From NCBI GenBank assembly GCA_963677495.2, contig CAXXOU010000001.1, positions 832,001-896,000 on the forward strand: DNA of 64,000 nucleotides. Reading direction: 5' to 3'. The translations under genes and the position numbers were made by a program. This DNA comes from Candidatus Cloacimonadales bacterium (GTDB lineage Bacteria > Cloacimonadota > Cloacimonadia > Cloacimonadales > JAFGVF01). A model generated the notes under the pieces. That model ran no database searches. It was not told where the DNA came from and saw nothing but the letters and a program-made list of their open reading frames with translations. Position 1 is the stretch's first letter. Each line of letters starts with the position of its first letter. Positions 1-9,581 of the stretch are shown here, one piece after another.

Positions 1-83
1 GAGACTCCTACAGCAATTGTAATAAGGGGGAATACTGTCCTTGATCTGTCTCTTAAAATACCTTTCAATAGAAATTTAAACAT
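1..83 (-). CDS. ABC transporter permease (FtsX/LolE-like), N-terminal part only, runs off the window
   Basis: Manual translation MFKFLLKGILRDRSRTVFPLITIAVGV, preceded by a GGAGG RBS, directly after the 92..1261 permease. Confidence 0.75.
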   Translation of the reverse strand, partial: MFKFLLKGILRDRSRTVFPLITIAVGV

Positions 84-91
84 AATCCCTC

Positions 92-1261
92 CTACACCTT
101 ATTCCGCAGTGCTTCAGTAGGTTTTAGACGGCTTATCTTTCTACTTGGGATCCAGCTAACCAAAGCTGTGACAGTTATAATGATTAAAGCTGTTATCAAG
201 TATAACCACCAAGGGTAAACCGGGTATAGGGTTCCATTCATCCCAACCATACCGGCTTCCTCGTAACCATCAAGCTTCCAACCGGATTTTGCGAAAAGTA
301 TGAGTAGTGGAATCCCATAAATCAGCCCTACAAACACAGCTCCAAAAGCATAAATTATACCCTCAGTTATGAATAGTGTGATAATTTTCATCTTCTGCAT
401 ACCAAGAGCCATCAATGTACCAATCTCTTTGGTTCGTTTAAAGATTGCCAACATCTGGGTATCGAAGATTGCTACCATAGCAAGAACAATAAAAACTAAA
501 TACATAATAATAGCACCAACTGTCTCCGATTCCATGATTGCATCGAAATCAGCAAACAGGTATGACAAATCACGTTTAATCCAACCATTATGTTCTATTT
601 TATAGTTTTCATCTGCCATTGTAATTATCGTTGCTTCCTCTTCAACCCCAAACATAAAGCTCATCTGCTCAATATCAAGCCATATGCAACCACCATCTAC
701 TGTGGGCACTCCTGAGTTAAAAATGTGCACTAGTTTTGCATCATTAGCATCAAAAGCTCCATTTACATCCCGCCATCTAATAGTAACAATATCCCCCTCT
801 TTCATCTTTAACGATTTAGCAGAGGTCTGACCCATAATTATCGGGATGTAGTGTTCACTCTCATTTGCAAGTTTATCCGAAGGAAGCTTTAACAAGCTTT
901 GATTCGAAGGGATACCTTTAATGACAGTATTTTGGAATCTACCTTCAGGATATAACACTGCTGTTGAAATCAATATCGGTACAGCTTGATTCTTATGAAT
1001 CATTGCATCTATATCATTGGGTATTTTTCTATGACTTTTATCAAAAGTAAATGGGTCGAACTGGTCATAAGTATCAACCCAGTATTGCCCGTTACCTATT
1101 TCATAGTCTTTCATATCTCTTCTGGATTGTCTTTCCCATCCAATATAGAAGCCATGCAGACCAATTATACCTACAAAAACTGTGGACAGTATAAAGAAGT
1201 TTAACCAACTTCTGAAACCTTGTCCTAAAATGTTCTTAAATGCAAGTTTCCAGATAAGCAT
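92..1261 (-). CDS. ABC transporter permease, FtsX/LolE/MacB-like
   Basis: N-terminal TM helix, periplasmic domain, C-terminal FtsX motifs RTKEIGTLMALG and P.EALR. Confidence 0.9.
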   Translation of the reverse strand: MLIWKLAFKNILGQGFRSWLNFFILSTVFVGIIGLHGFYIGWERQSRRDMKDYEIGNGQYWVDTYDQFDPFTFDKSHRKIPNDIDAMIHKNQAVPILISTAVLYPEGRFQNTVIKGIPSNQSLLKLPSDKLANESEHYIPIIMGQTSAKSLKMKEGDIVTIRWRDVNGAFDANDAKLVHIFNSGVPTVDGGCIWLDIEQMSFMFGVEEEATIITMADENYKIEHNGWIKRDLSYLFADFDAIMESETVGAIIMYLVFIVLAMVAIFDTQMLAIFKRTKEIGTLMALGMQKMKIITLFITEGIIYAFGAVFVGLIYGIPLLILFAKSGWKLDGYEEAGMVGMNGTLYPVYPWWLYLITALIIITVTALVSWIPSRKISRLKPTEALRNKV

Positions 1262-1262
1262 T

Positions 1263-1955
1263 TTACACTTCCTTTAACTCTTCTCCGGCTATTCTACCAT
1301 CGATTAGTGATATCTTCCTCTTCAGATACTCAATAACTTTTTGGTCGTGAGTCGAGAATATAAATGTAGTGCTTAGCTCCCTATTCAATTTTAGCATTGT
1401 TCTCAAAATATGATGTGAGTTCTCAGCATCAAGGTTAGCAGTTGGTTCATCTGCAACAACAAGTTCAGGTTTCTTAACAATCGCACGAGCTATCGCAACT
1501 CGTTGGCACTGACCACCTGATAACTGGTCAGGTCTGCTTTTAATCTTATCAGTCAAACCAACCCATTCAAGTGCATTCATGACCATCTCTTTCCTTTTAT
1601 GTTCCGGGAGTTTTAATAGAAGGAGAGGAAACTCAACATTTTCATATACTGAATACACAGGCAACAGATTATAACTCTGGAAGATAAAACCAATCTTGTC
1701 ACTCCGCAGATTAGCTGATTGCTTTGCTGTCAAAGTCTTAACGTCAAGGCCAAGGACATTAACGTCTCCCTCAGAAGGTTGATCAAGTGTACCGATTATG
1801 TTCAGCAGAGTTGTCTTACCTGAACCACTTGGTCCGACAAGTCCTGTAAATTCACCTGTACCTATAGATAGATTGATACTATGTAGAGCTGTAAATTCAC
1901 TATTGCCAATCGGGTATCTTTTTACAAGGTTATTTATCGTGATTAGTTCTTTCAT
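1263..1955 (-). CDS. ABC transporter ATP-binding protein, LolD/MacB-like
   Basis: Walker A GPSGSGKT, signature LSGGQ, Walker B ADEPT; start moved to MKELITI after a GGAGG RBS. Confidence 0.93.
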   Translation of the reverse strand: MKELITINNLVKRYPIGNSEFTALHSINLSIGTGEFTGLVGPSGSGKTTLLNIIGTLDQPSEGDVNVLGLDVKTLTAKQSANLRSDKIGFIFQSYNLLPVYSVYENVEFPLLLLKLPEHKRKEMVMNALEWVGLTDKIKSRPDQLSGGQCQRVAIARAIVKKPELVVADEPTANLDAENSHHILRTMLKLNRELSTTFIFSTHDQKVIEYLKRKISLIDGRIAGEELKEV

Positions 1956-1965
1956 TCTTCCCTCC

Positions 1966-3078
1966 CTAAAATGTGCATTCAATCGAGAATTGAACTATCT
2001 GTGAGTTATGGAAAATATGCTTTGCGTTTTTGGTAAACTCTTCAGGTATAAGTGAGTATGAAGTAGTTACTGTAAAATAATCTGTTGTTCTGGACCAGGA
2101 AATATAGCTACTTACCTTCTCAGTTTCCCAATCATATACAAAAAAAGACTGAATATTATTGTTCAAATCTATTGGATAATCCACAGATGCTGCGGTGAAG
2201 TTTATCTCATCATCAGAGCTTGTAATATCTTCTTCAGAGTACGATTTATACAAATGCTCTGTAAGTACATGTAAACCATTTCCTAAGCCTAGTGTGTAAT
2301 CCAACCCTGTTGTAAGAGACTTAGCATAAAACTCATCCTCATCGAAAGCAGACAGAGTAGCTTCATACCATAAGCCGATAAAGAAGTCCCAACGTCCATC
2401 AAGTCCAAACCTATTTTCGCTTCTGTAAAATGAAGTATCAAGGTTTCTATAGTGATATGTTATGGCTTGTTCGTAACCTAAAATCGGCATTTGTATCCTT
2501 CCTCCAAATTCAGGTGAATCATCCTTTGATTTAAAAAGCTCTGAGCCCTTTAGTTCATCTTTTCCAAGTATAGTCCAGAGCCAGATAGTCCCGTTATTAC
2601 CCGTGTAATATCTGCATAACGCACCCCAGACTCCAGTTGTGAAGCCCATATCATCTCTCGGGTCTACAGAATCAAACCATTGCTCTGATCTAAGTAGATA
2701 GGCTGTTCCAAAGTTTAGTTTCTGTAATCCAAATCTTACTTCATACTTTTCAGCACTCCATCTGGTCCAGGCTCTATAGAATTCAGCGTTTCCATCTCCT
2801 TCTGTTTTTCCAGGTTCAATATCAGTACTATATTCATGATTTAGTTCAGCAGTAATCCATAAGTATCCTTCCATGTTAAGGTCTAAGTTACCTGCTTCAG
2901 TCTTCCATGCAGTATATTTGAACTCAGGCAGATAATGCAATCCTGTTGAGTATTGATTTACACCGGATTGTCTATAAGCTGTTCTCAACCAAACCTTGTG
3001 TTTCATGGCAAAGCGTTCCTCTGAATAAAGTCCGACAGTAACAATGATGAAGCAAAGTAGAATTAGTAATCTCTTCAT
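1966..3078 (-). CDS. Probable outer-membrane beta-barrel protein
   Basis: Signal peptide, aromatic-rich alternating beta pattern, terminal Phe, operonic with the ABC genes. Confidence 0.6.
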   Translation of the reverse strand: MKRLLILLCFIIVTVGLYSEERFAMKHKVWLRTAYRQSGVNQYSTGLHYLPEFKYTAWKTEAGNLDLNMEGYLWITAELNHEYSTDIEPGKTEGDGNAEFYRAWTRWSAEKYEVRFGLQKLNFGTAYLLRSEQWFDSVDPRDDMGFTTGVWGALCRYYTGNNGTIWLWTILGKDELKGSELFKSKDDSPEFGGRIQMPILGYEQAITYHYRNLDTSFYRSENRFGLDGRWDFFIGLWYEATLSAFDEDEFYAKSLTTGLDYTLGLGNGLHVLTEHLYKSYSEEDITSSDDEINFTAASVDYPIDLNNNIQSFFVYDWETEKVSSYISWSRTTDYFTVTTSYSLIPEEFTKNAKHIFHNSQIVQFSIECTF

Positions 3079-3079
3079 T

Positions 3080-3766
3080 CTATTCCCCTTTGCCCATAAA
3101 AGTTCTCAGTAACTCTCTATCAACAAGTTGGATACTAGCTTCTGGAGCTCCAAGAGTTCGTTCTATCATGCTTTCGTACGATTTGTAAGTTCTGAACATA
3201 TCTTCAGGTGAGAAACCATCAATGCAGTGCCCCTTAACTTCAGTCTGAGCCTGAATTGCCAATCCTTCTCCTGCAGCAAATATCATCACAGCTGTCATCT
3301 CCGGATCTTCTACATGGAAGTTACCCTCTTTGTTGCCTTGAATAATTATTTTACTAAACTCATTCTTCCAGAAAAGTAACAGTTTTCTATTCAGTTCACG
3401 TAGGAGATATGCATTCTTCTCCTCATAAATAATGCTTGAGAAGAAGACTAATTTCTCCTTATGCTGAAGCTTATATTCACCAACGGTCTTAAACATGAGG
3501 TTCATTTTTTCAATAGCATTAAGCTTGCTTTCATTTATAACAGGAATCGCTACACCCATAATATTTGTAATAATGTCTTCTATTACAGCCACCATAAGCT
3601 CTCGCTTAGATTTGAAGTAGTAATAAAATGTACCTTTAGATATACCAACTTCATCAATAATCCTATTTACTGATGTGTTTTCATATCCAATCTCCTGAAA
3701 CAAGCTCATGGCTGTCTCAACTATCTCGCTATATCTAACTTCATACTCTTTCGAGATACGTGCCAT
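3080..3766 (-). CDS. TetR/AcrR family transcriptional regulator
   Basis: N-terminal HTH GYENTSVNRIIDEVGISKGTFYYYFKSK. Confidence 0.93.
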   Translation of the reverse strand: MARISKEYEVRYSEIVETAMSLFQEIGYENTSVNRIIDEVGISKGTFYYYFKSKRELMVAVIEDIITNIMGVAIPVINESKLNAIEKMNLMFKTVGEYKLQHKEKLVFFSSIIYEEKNAYLLRELNRKLLLFWKNEFSKIIIQGNKEGNFHVEDPEMTAVMIFAAGEGLAIQAQTEVKGHCIDGFSPEDMFRTYKSYESMIERTLGAPEASIQLVDRELLRTFMGKGE

Positions 3767-3794
3767 TAGTACTCCTAATAGGTCAGTAGCTTTT

Positions 3795-3826
3795 TAGACC
3801 ACCAGTCTATACCGACCGTCGGTCTA
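3795..3826. promoter_or_regulatory. Two adjacent palindromes, probable TetR operators
   Basis: TAGAC-cacca-GTCTA (3795-3809) and ACCGAC-c-GTCGGT (3811-3823), 30-60 bp upstream of the tetR start. Confidence 0.6.
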
Positions 3827-3900
3827 CCCTTTTCATCAATGTAAAAAATGTCAAGTGATTTTAGTTTTGGAGTGAGTAATATAACTTATTTTGCATATAA

Positions 3901-3928
3901 AAAAGGGTCGGACAAACCGACCCTAAAA
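3901..3928 (-). terminator. Intrinsic terminator
   Basis: AGGGTCGG-acaaa-CCGACCCT hairpin followed by a T tract on the minus strand, just after the response regulator. Confidence 0.8.
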
Positions 3929-3943
3929 CTGAATTAATAACGC

Positions 3944-4540
3944 CTATAAGTCTTCAAGTATATCTCTTAACTGTTTAGCTTTGCTTGTTCTACCGGCTCT
4001 GTCAAACCTGCTAACTGCTTCCTGCATAAGTTCTCTTGCTTTCTCGATATCACCTAAGAGTTTTTGTTCGAAACCTGCTTCCTTAAGATAGATGGCAGAT
4101 TCTTCCCATCTGTTTTCAGCCTTAAGCTGATCAGCAACAGCGACTAAGTCGAGATCATCAGAGAGTACTGTAGACTCAATAGTACCAGCTAATGCCTTCT
4201 CAATGGCTGGGATAAGCTTTTCATAGATTGCAGATTTAGCATGAACATCAACAGCTCCATTTCTGATAAGCTCATTTCTGATATCAATTGTTAGTTCACC
4301 TGTTAAACCAATAATCAAAAGTTCAGGGTTAATCTTTCTGAGTAACTTAAGGGTTCTGATACCATCAATACCGGGTAAGTTTACATCTAATAATACAAGG
4401 TCAATTTTCTCTTCTCTTGCTTTTTCAAGAGCAATCTCACCTGACTCAGCTTCAACGAACTTGAAGTTTGAATCACCGAGATAATCGATTAGAGTTTCGC
4501 GTAATAATTTTTTATCATCAACAATAAGGATATTCTTCAT
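3944..4540 (-). CDS. Response regulator (REC domain plus helical, TPR-like C-terminus)
   Basis: ILIVDD, LVLLDVNLPGIDG phosphoacceptor motif. Confidence 0.88.
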   Translation of the reverse strand: MKNILIVDDKKLLRETLIDYLGDSNFKFVEAESGEIALEKAREEKIDLVLLDVNLPGIDGIRTLKLLRKINPELLIIGLTGELTIDIRNELIRNGAVDVHAKSAIYEKLIPAIEKALAGTIESTVLSDDLDLVAVADQLKAENRWEESAIYLKEAGFEQKLLGDIEKARELMQEAVSRFDRAGRTSKAKQLRDILEDL

Positions 4541-4557
4541 AATAGCTCCTTAAAATC

Positions 4558-5769
4558 CTATTTTTTCAATCGAGTAAATTTTAAAGTAAAGCATGTCCCT
4601 TTGTCAACATTACTTTTTACATAAATCTCACCTTGAGAGTTTTCAACCGCTTTTTTACAGATAACAAGACCCAATCCGGTGCCTTGGGCATCCTTCCAAG
4701 AAGTGAAATCGGGACGCCATATATTTTCCAGATTCTCTTCCGGTATACCACATCCGGTATCCTCTATTGAAGCATAAACATTTTTCTGGTCACACCATGT
4801 TTTCAACTTAATCTCACCTTCACCTGACATTGATTTATAGGCATTCTCTATTAAGTTTATCACAACTCGTAAGAGATCTTCTTCGGATGCTAGCATCTCA
4901 ACAGGCTTATTAGAGTAATCCTCAACAATCTTTATAAGCGGATTCTCAAGTATACGTGATTCAGAGTAAGTGTGTAAGGCAGTGTTTACTAATGATGTCA
5001 AATCCACCGGTTTCATTGGTCTATGTGGTATTCCGATAGCATCACCAAGTTGCTTAAGGTTCTCGCCTAACTCCTTGAAGAACTTTAGCAAGAGGATAAC
5101 GCTTTCACTTCTGTTTTGAGCATCTAGTATTGATTTCTGCATGGTCTCGAAGTTCTCAATCAGGTCATCAGAGAAGTCACTGTTTTCAGCTTCTGGTAAT
5201 ATCTGATTCAGATAAATATTTTTTATCCCTTCCATTTTCTTCTTGAGCATCTGAAGCTTGAGCATAAGAGATGCATAATAGGAACCAGACATATCATGTC
5301 CGACGCTCTTTACTAGTAACCTTGATTCCTCAATTGCCTTCTCTTTCTCTCGCACCAATTCTTCATTATGTAAACGCTCCTTCTGCCACTCAAAACCTTT
5401 CCTAATACTCATAAGAAATGAATCTGTGTAATCCACAACCGTATTCTTCTGAATGAAGTCTCTCGCTCCATATTTGAGCGTATTCACAGCGTTCTCGATA
5501 GTGATTTCACCCGTTAAAATTATAATGTAGTTTCTCTTAACAAGCTCATGTGAATTAAGCTTCTCCAATACTTCCAGTCCACTCATACCTGGCATCTTCA
5601 AATCAAGAAGTATCACCTTATACTCATTATTTTTCAGCTCCTCAATGCCCTCTCCCCCCGAGTGTACTTTCTCAATAGTCCATTCAGGTTCCTCAAACTC
5701 GAGCAGGTCACATATGCTTTCACAAAAGGTTAGGCTATCATCAATTATCAATATATCTTTCTTAAACAT
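4558..5769 (-). CDS. Hybrid REC-histidine kinase
   Basis: REC motif LLDLKMPGMSG; H-box VGHD; N-box NLIENA; G1 DTGCGI; G2 GTGLGL. Confidence 0.9.
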   Translation of the reverse strand: MFKKDILIIDDSLTFCESICDLLEFEEPEWTIEKVHSGGEGIEELKNNEYKVILLDLKMPGMSGLEVLEKLNSHELVKRNYIIILTGEITIENAVNTLKYGARDFIQKNTVVDYTDSFLMSIRKGFEWQKERLHNEELVREKEKAIEESRLLVKSVGHDMSGSYYASLMLKLQMLKKKMEGIKNIYLNQILPEAENSDFSDDLIENFETMQKSILDAQNRSESVILLLKFFKELGENLKQLGDAIGIPHRPMKPVDLTSLVNTALHTYSESRILENPLIKIVEDYSNKPVEMLASEEDLLRVVINLIENAYKSMSGEGEIKLKTWCDQKNVYASIEDTGCGIPEENLENIWRPDFTSWKDAQGTGLGLVICKKAVENSQGEIYVKSNVDKGTCFTLKFTRLKK

Positions 5770-5772
5770 TAA

Positions 5773-7575
5773 CTATTCTCCTGTCTCACCCTGCGGGATT
5801 AAGAGTTGGATAATAACACCATTAGTTTTAGGGCTAAGTAAAACTTTTCCATTATAATTGTTCTTAACAATATCTATAGCAACGTCTAGCATAAAACGCT
5901 GTGGTGTAACTATATCTCGGTCGTACTCTTTTCCCACTTCTGATTTTTCAAACTCCGGTTTTGTTTCATCGTCAGTAGATTCAATAGTTGTCAGAATCAT
6001 TCTGTTAGAGCTATTCTGTTGAATCGTGATATTCAATCTACTGTCAAAGTGCTTAATATGTGCAATCGCATACATAACAAGGTTGATTAGCACTTCTGTA
6101 ATCTCATTTGGTTCAACTAATATCTTTAAGCAATCCTGCTCTAGTTTAGTCCTAACAAGATTAATCTTTTTCTGCAAGATATGTTCACTCAGGAAAAGCA
6201 AGCTTTCATCAAGAAGTTCCTGCCAATCCTTAACAATCTTTGTAAATCCTGCCTTTGTTGAAAACTCATGAAGGTTCTGAACACCCGATGCTACCTCTTT
6301 CAGGTTAGCTTCTGTGCTTTGGAGAAGCTTAAGAAGTTTCTCGCCTGTCAGCTTATCAGCTTCTATTCTCTTTAGTAGGTTCTTCACATTTAACTGGGCT
6401 GTTGTCAGTGAGTTTGTTATCTCATTTGGAAGCCTGATTGCCATCGTACCAAGTGCTGTAAGTCGCTGAGTTTTAACTATTTGCTTAGCTGAGTTCTCCA
6501 TGCTGTCTATGTATTGGATATTCTCAAGGGCAACAGAAAGCATATAACCAAGTACTGCTAGGTATCTCTCGTCATCTTCCGTAAACCAGTTCTGTTCACC
6601 CGGGTATTTTGGAATTTTATTGTAAAGCTTTATGCACCCTATAACATGTGTTTTAACTGCTATCGGAATTCCAAGAAAGGCAAGTCTATCACCATGCTTC
6701 AAAGTCTCTTTCATCTTATTTCTATACTTGCCTTTATACTTGTTAAAAGTAAGCACATTCTTTAATCTGATAATTCGGTTCTCTTTGACAAGCGTACCGG
6801 TTAAACCCTCTCCAACTTGATGAGATGCACTATTGATTAACTCTTCAGGAACACCGTATCCGGCTCTGAGCACCAGATTATTGGAGTTGTCATCCTCTCT
6901 TAAATAGATCTCACAAGATTCGGAAGAGAAGGTTTTCACAAGAGCTTTCGAGACATAATTCAATAGCTCTTTCTGCTTGTAGTAAGTGTGAAGTAACATG
7001 CCAACTTCCGTAAGCATTTTAAAGTAATCAGCCTTCTTCTGCTGTTGCATATATCTATCACTATTCTCTAAAGCGATTCCAAGATAATTACCAATATCAA
7101 GTAGCAATTCTAACTGGTCATAAGTAAAGTCATCATCCATCGAAGATGTTCTTAAAACACCGTAGAACCTGTCTGTATCAGAGATAATTGGAACACCCAT
7201 CCAGGAGCAAATCTCTGAGGTTTTGCCCTCAGTATATTTATTTTTAAGGTAGATGTCCTCACCATATTTCTTCTTTAATTTCTCCTGGTCCAACTCCTGG
7301 AGATTTGTTAGCAACAATGGCTTTCTATATTTAAAAACCCAACCGGTGAGCCCTTCACCCTCTTCATAATAAGCGGCTTCACCTGAAACTCCAAGTAAAC
7401 CCGTTGTCTCTGCCAAAACAATTCTCTTTCTCATTTCATCATGTAAGAATATCGAACAACCCTTAGCATCTAGAAGCTCTGCGATATTGTGTACCGCAAT
7501 ACTGAGAATCTTTGAACGTTCGAAGTTACTGAAAACTCTAATCAGATCTTTAAGTTTTGTCAGAGTAAATTGCAT
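5773..7575 (-). CDS. Tandem-GAF sensor with degenerate histidine-kinase-like C-terminus
   Basis: Two GAF-like repeats (GEGLTG ... G[VI]PI), then RLTALGTMAIRLPNEITNSL, which resembles an H-box but has no His. Confidence 0.78.
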   Translation of the reverse strand: MQFTLTKLKDLIRVFSNFERSKILSIAVHNIAELLDAKGCSIFLHDEMRKRIVLAETTGLLGVSGEAAYYEEGEGLTGWVFKYRKPLLLTNLQELDQEKLKKKYGEDIYLKNKYTEGKTSEICSWMGVPIISDTDRFYGVLRTSSMDDDFTYDQLELLLDIGNYLGIALENSDRYMQQQKKADYFKMLTEVGMLLHTYYKQKELLNYVSKALVKTFSSESCEIYLREDDNSNNLVLRAGYGVPEELINSASHQVGEGLTGTLVKENRIIRLKNVLTFNKYKGKYRNKMKETLKHGDRLAFLGIPIAVKTHVIGCIKLYNKIPKYPGEQNWFTEDDERYLAVLGYMLSVALENIQYIDSMENSAKQIVKTQRLTALGTMAIRLPNEITNSLTTAQLNVKNLLKRIEADKLTGEKLLKLLQSTEANLKEVASGVQNLHEFSTKAGFTKIVKDWQELLDESLLFLSEHILQKKINLVRTKLEQDCLKILVEPNEITEVLINLVMYAIAHIKHFDSRLNITIQQNSSNRMILTTIESTDDETKPEFEKSEVGKEYDRDIVTPQRFMLDVAIDIVKNNYNGKVLLSPKTNGVIIQLLIPQGETGE

Positions 7576-7582
7576 CAGGTCC

Positions 7583-8707
7583 TCACTTTTTCATTGAGTA
7601 AATTACATTATAACCAAATTTCCTAATAACTTTAGCATTTCCGAAGTTTTCCATCATAATCGTCTTTAAGATGTCGATGTTCTTGGCAACAAACCAAGCT
7701 TCACCACCTTTCTTCAGGACTCTTAGACCTGTTTTAACGAATAGCTCAGCTATCTTATAGTTTGAGAAGTAGGGGGGATTAGCCACAACTACGTCATACT
7801 CATCTTTCTTCTCTCTAGCACCATCAGCAGCTAGAATAAACTCAACATTTTCCAGGTTATTGATATCACAGTTGTGTTTACATGAATCTATTGCTCTGGC
7901 ATTTGAGTCGCAGAACGTAATCTTTTCCAAAGGCTCTTTACATCCCAAAGCAATGCCAACACTACCGATTCCTGCACCCATATCGAAAAGGGTTTGTCCC
8001 GGTTTTACATCAACTGTCTTGATGAGTGCATAAGCACCATCATCTATTCTATGATGAGCAAAAACTCCGGCTCTTGAGCTGTAAGGTATCGCGATATCTT
8101 CCTCAACTTCACAATCAAAATAATCTCTATTAGTAAGTGGAATCTCTTTCATATCTGACTTACGTGAGATAAGACTGACACCATTTCGTTTATAATCATT
8201 GAAAGTCATACTACCAAAGTGCAGTTTGATATGATCCTCAAGCCATTTGAAGCGAGTCTCCATTCCAACAACAAGCTTGCCTTTCTTCTTTAGGTACATA
8301 TAGGCTTCATCAATCCACTCCATGAATAGCTCTTTCATAATGTTTGTTTTAGAGCATTGTAAAAACACTGCGTCAAACTTCTCTTTCGGAAAATCCGGAG
8401 TACACATCACCTTTATTTCTCTTATGCCATTAGATTTAAGATTGTTCCACATCTTCTCACTATAGTATTTATCAATACTATGGACATAGATTTCAGCGTC
8501 CGGGTACATCTCATGTGCAATCATAGCAGCTGCACCGGTTCTATTTTCTGCAAAAAGAAGTCTCTTAGGCTCTTTCAAGAAAACAAGCTGCTCAATCACA
8601 TGCTTCTCTGAAAGGTTTAAACCGGAACGAGATATTATCTCGAATCTATCATCAATAAACTTCTCAGTCCACTGTTCGCTACTGTCTGTAATGTATAATC
8701 GTTTCAT
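7583..8707 (-). CDS. Class I SAM-dependent methyltransferase, RsmC/RlmG-like
   Basis: GVFAHHRIDDGA, FDMGAGIG and VVANPPY motifs; two-domain layout. Confidence 0.85.
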   Translation of the reverse strand: MKRLYITDSSEQWTEKFIDDRFEIISRSGLNLSEKHVIEQLVFLKEPKRLLFAENRTGAAAMIAHEMYPDAEIYVHSIDKYYSEKMWNNLKSNGIREIKVMCTPDFPKEKFDAVFLQCSKTNIMKELFMEWIDEAYMYLKKKGKLVVGMETRFKWLEDHIKLHFGSMTFNDYKRNGVSLISRKSDMKEIPLTNRDYFDCEVEEDIAIPYSSRAGVFAHHRIDDGAYALIKTVDVKPGQTLFDMGAGIGSVGIALGCKEPLEKITFCDSNARAIDSCKHNCDINNLENVEFILAADGAREKKDEYDVVVANPPYFSNYKIAELFVKTGLRVLKKGGEAWFVAKNIDILKTIMMENFGNAKVIRKFGYNVIYSMKK

Positions 8708-8958
8708 TTATCCTCATTTATAATTGTTTTTTTTATAAGATACAATAAGCTCTACAAGTCAATATTTATTTGTCCGATATCGTGCTTGCTCTCAAAATGT
8801 GACTTCAGCATAATTCGTAAACAATGAATCCACATCAAATCTGTAACTCATCTATACCTAATCTGCCATAACGAGTTTCTAACGGGGAGCTAACGGGAAG
8901 CTAACAGGGAACATATGCGTAGTAAAAGAGTAAAATCAATATGTATTGTCTGTATCAC

Positions 8959-9094
8959 TGCTCTATCTTAATTGAGCATAAAAGCATATCCGATTTTTAT
9001 GAGTCTCTTGGGCAACCCCTGGGCCGGAAGACAAGAGAGTGATAAGAAAATGAGTAGGGAATACTCTCCGCTAATCAAGTATTATGATAGAGCA
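8959..9094 (+). repeat. 136-bp element with terminal inverted repeats, copy 1
   Basis: TGCTCTATC...TATTATGATAGAGCA ends; core GAGTCTCTTGG shared with 24141-24276 and 45641-45776. Confidence 0.7.
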
Positions 9095-9168
9095 ATGAAC
9101 CGGAAAACAACCTTGAGAACGGTGTACGATGTAAGAAGTAAGTTGCAAAGAAGGAAATCCCTTTATTA

Positions 9169-9234
9169 GTCACCCTGAGCGAAGCTGAATGAAGTAAAAC
9201 GAAATGAACGAAGTCGATGGGTCGCTCGGATTAC
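9169..9234 (+). repeat. REP-like element
   Basis: GTCACCCTGAGCGAAG...CGAAGTCGATGGG resembles common intergenic REP-type sequences; only one copy in this window. Confidence 0.35.
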
Positions 9235-9528
9235 TTTAGTGGATTAACGTTTGTAGTATTGACTTATCTTTAGGTTTATTTCCAGGGATAAGCTCTCCTT
9301 TAGTTGGGAGACTAAAGTTATCGGAAAGGTACTTCTACTCGGAAGTTGCTCACCTTCGGTAAGCGAGCTCCTCCTTCCAGTCGTCGGTTCATACTTCACT
9401 CGATCTGGATGACAAGCATGGGACTCGGTTTTGCGAATGCAAAACCTTTAACATAGTCACCTTGAATGGAACAGGAAACGTATACCACTATGATTTCAAC
9501 TTATAACTCGCTATGAACTCAATTATAT

Positions 9529-9558
9529 AAAAAAGACTGCCTGTTTCCAAGCAGTCTT
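9529..9558 (-). terminator. Intrinsic terminator
   Basis: AAGACTGC-(10)-GCAGTCTT hairpin with a T tract on the minus strand after 9582..10301. Confidence 0.7.
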
Positions 9559-9581
9559 AAATGTATGGTTAAAACCAAAAC

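Noticed and set aside
9235..9480. tRNA, riboswitch or other known ncRNA in the hairpin-containing intergenic region
   Set aside because: Hairpins exist (CTTTAGT/ACTAAAG, GGTTTTGC/GCAAAACC) but I see no cloverleaf or recognisable Rfam motif; a cmscan would be needed.
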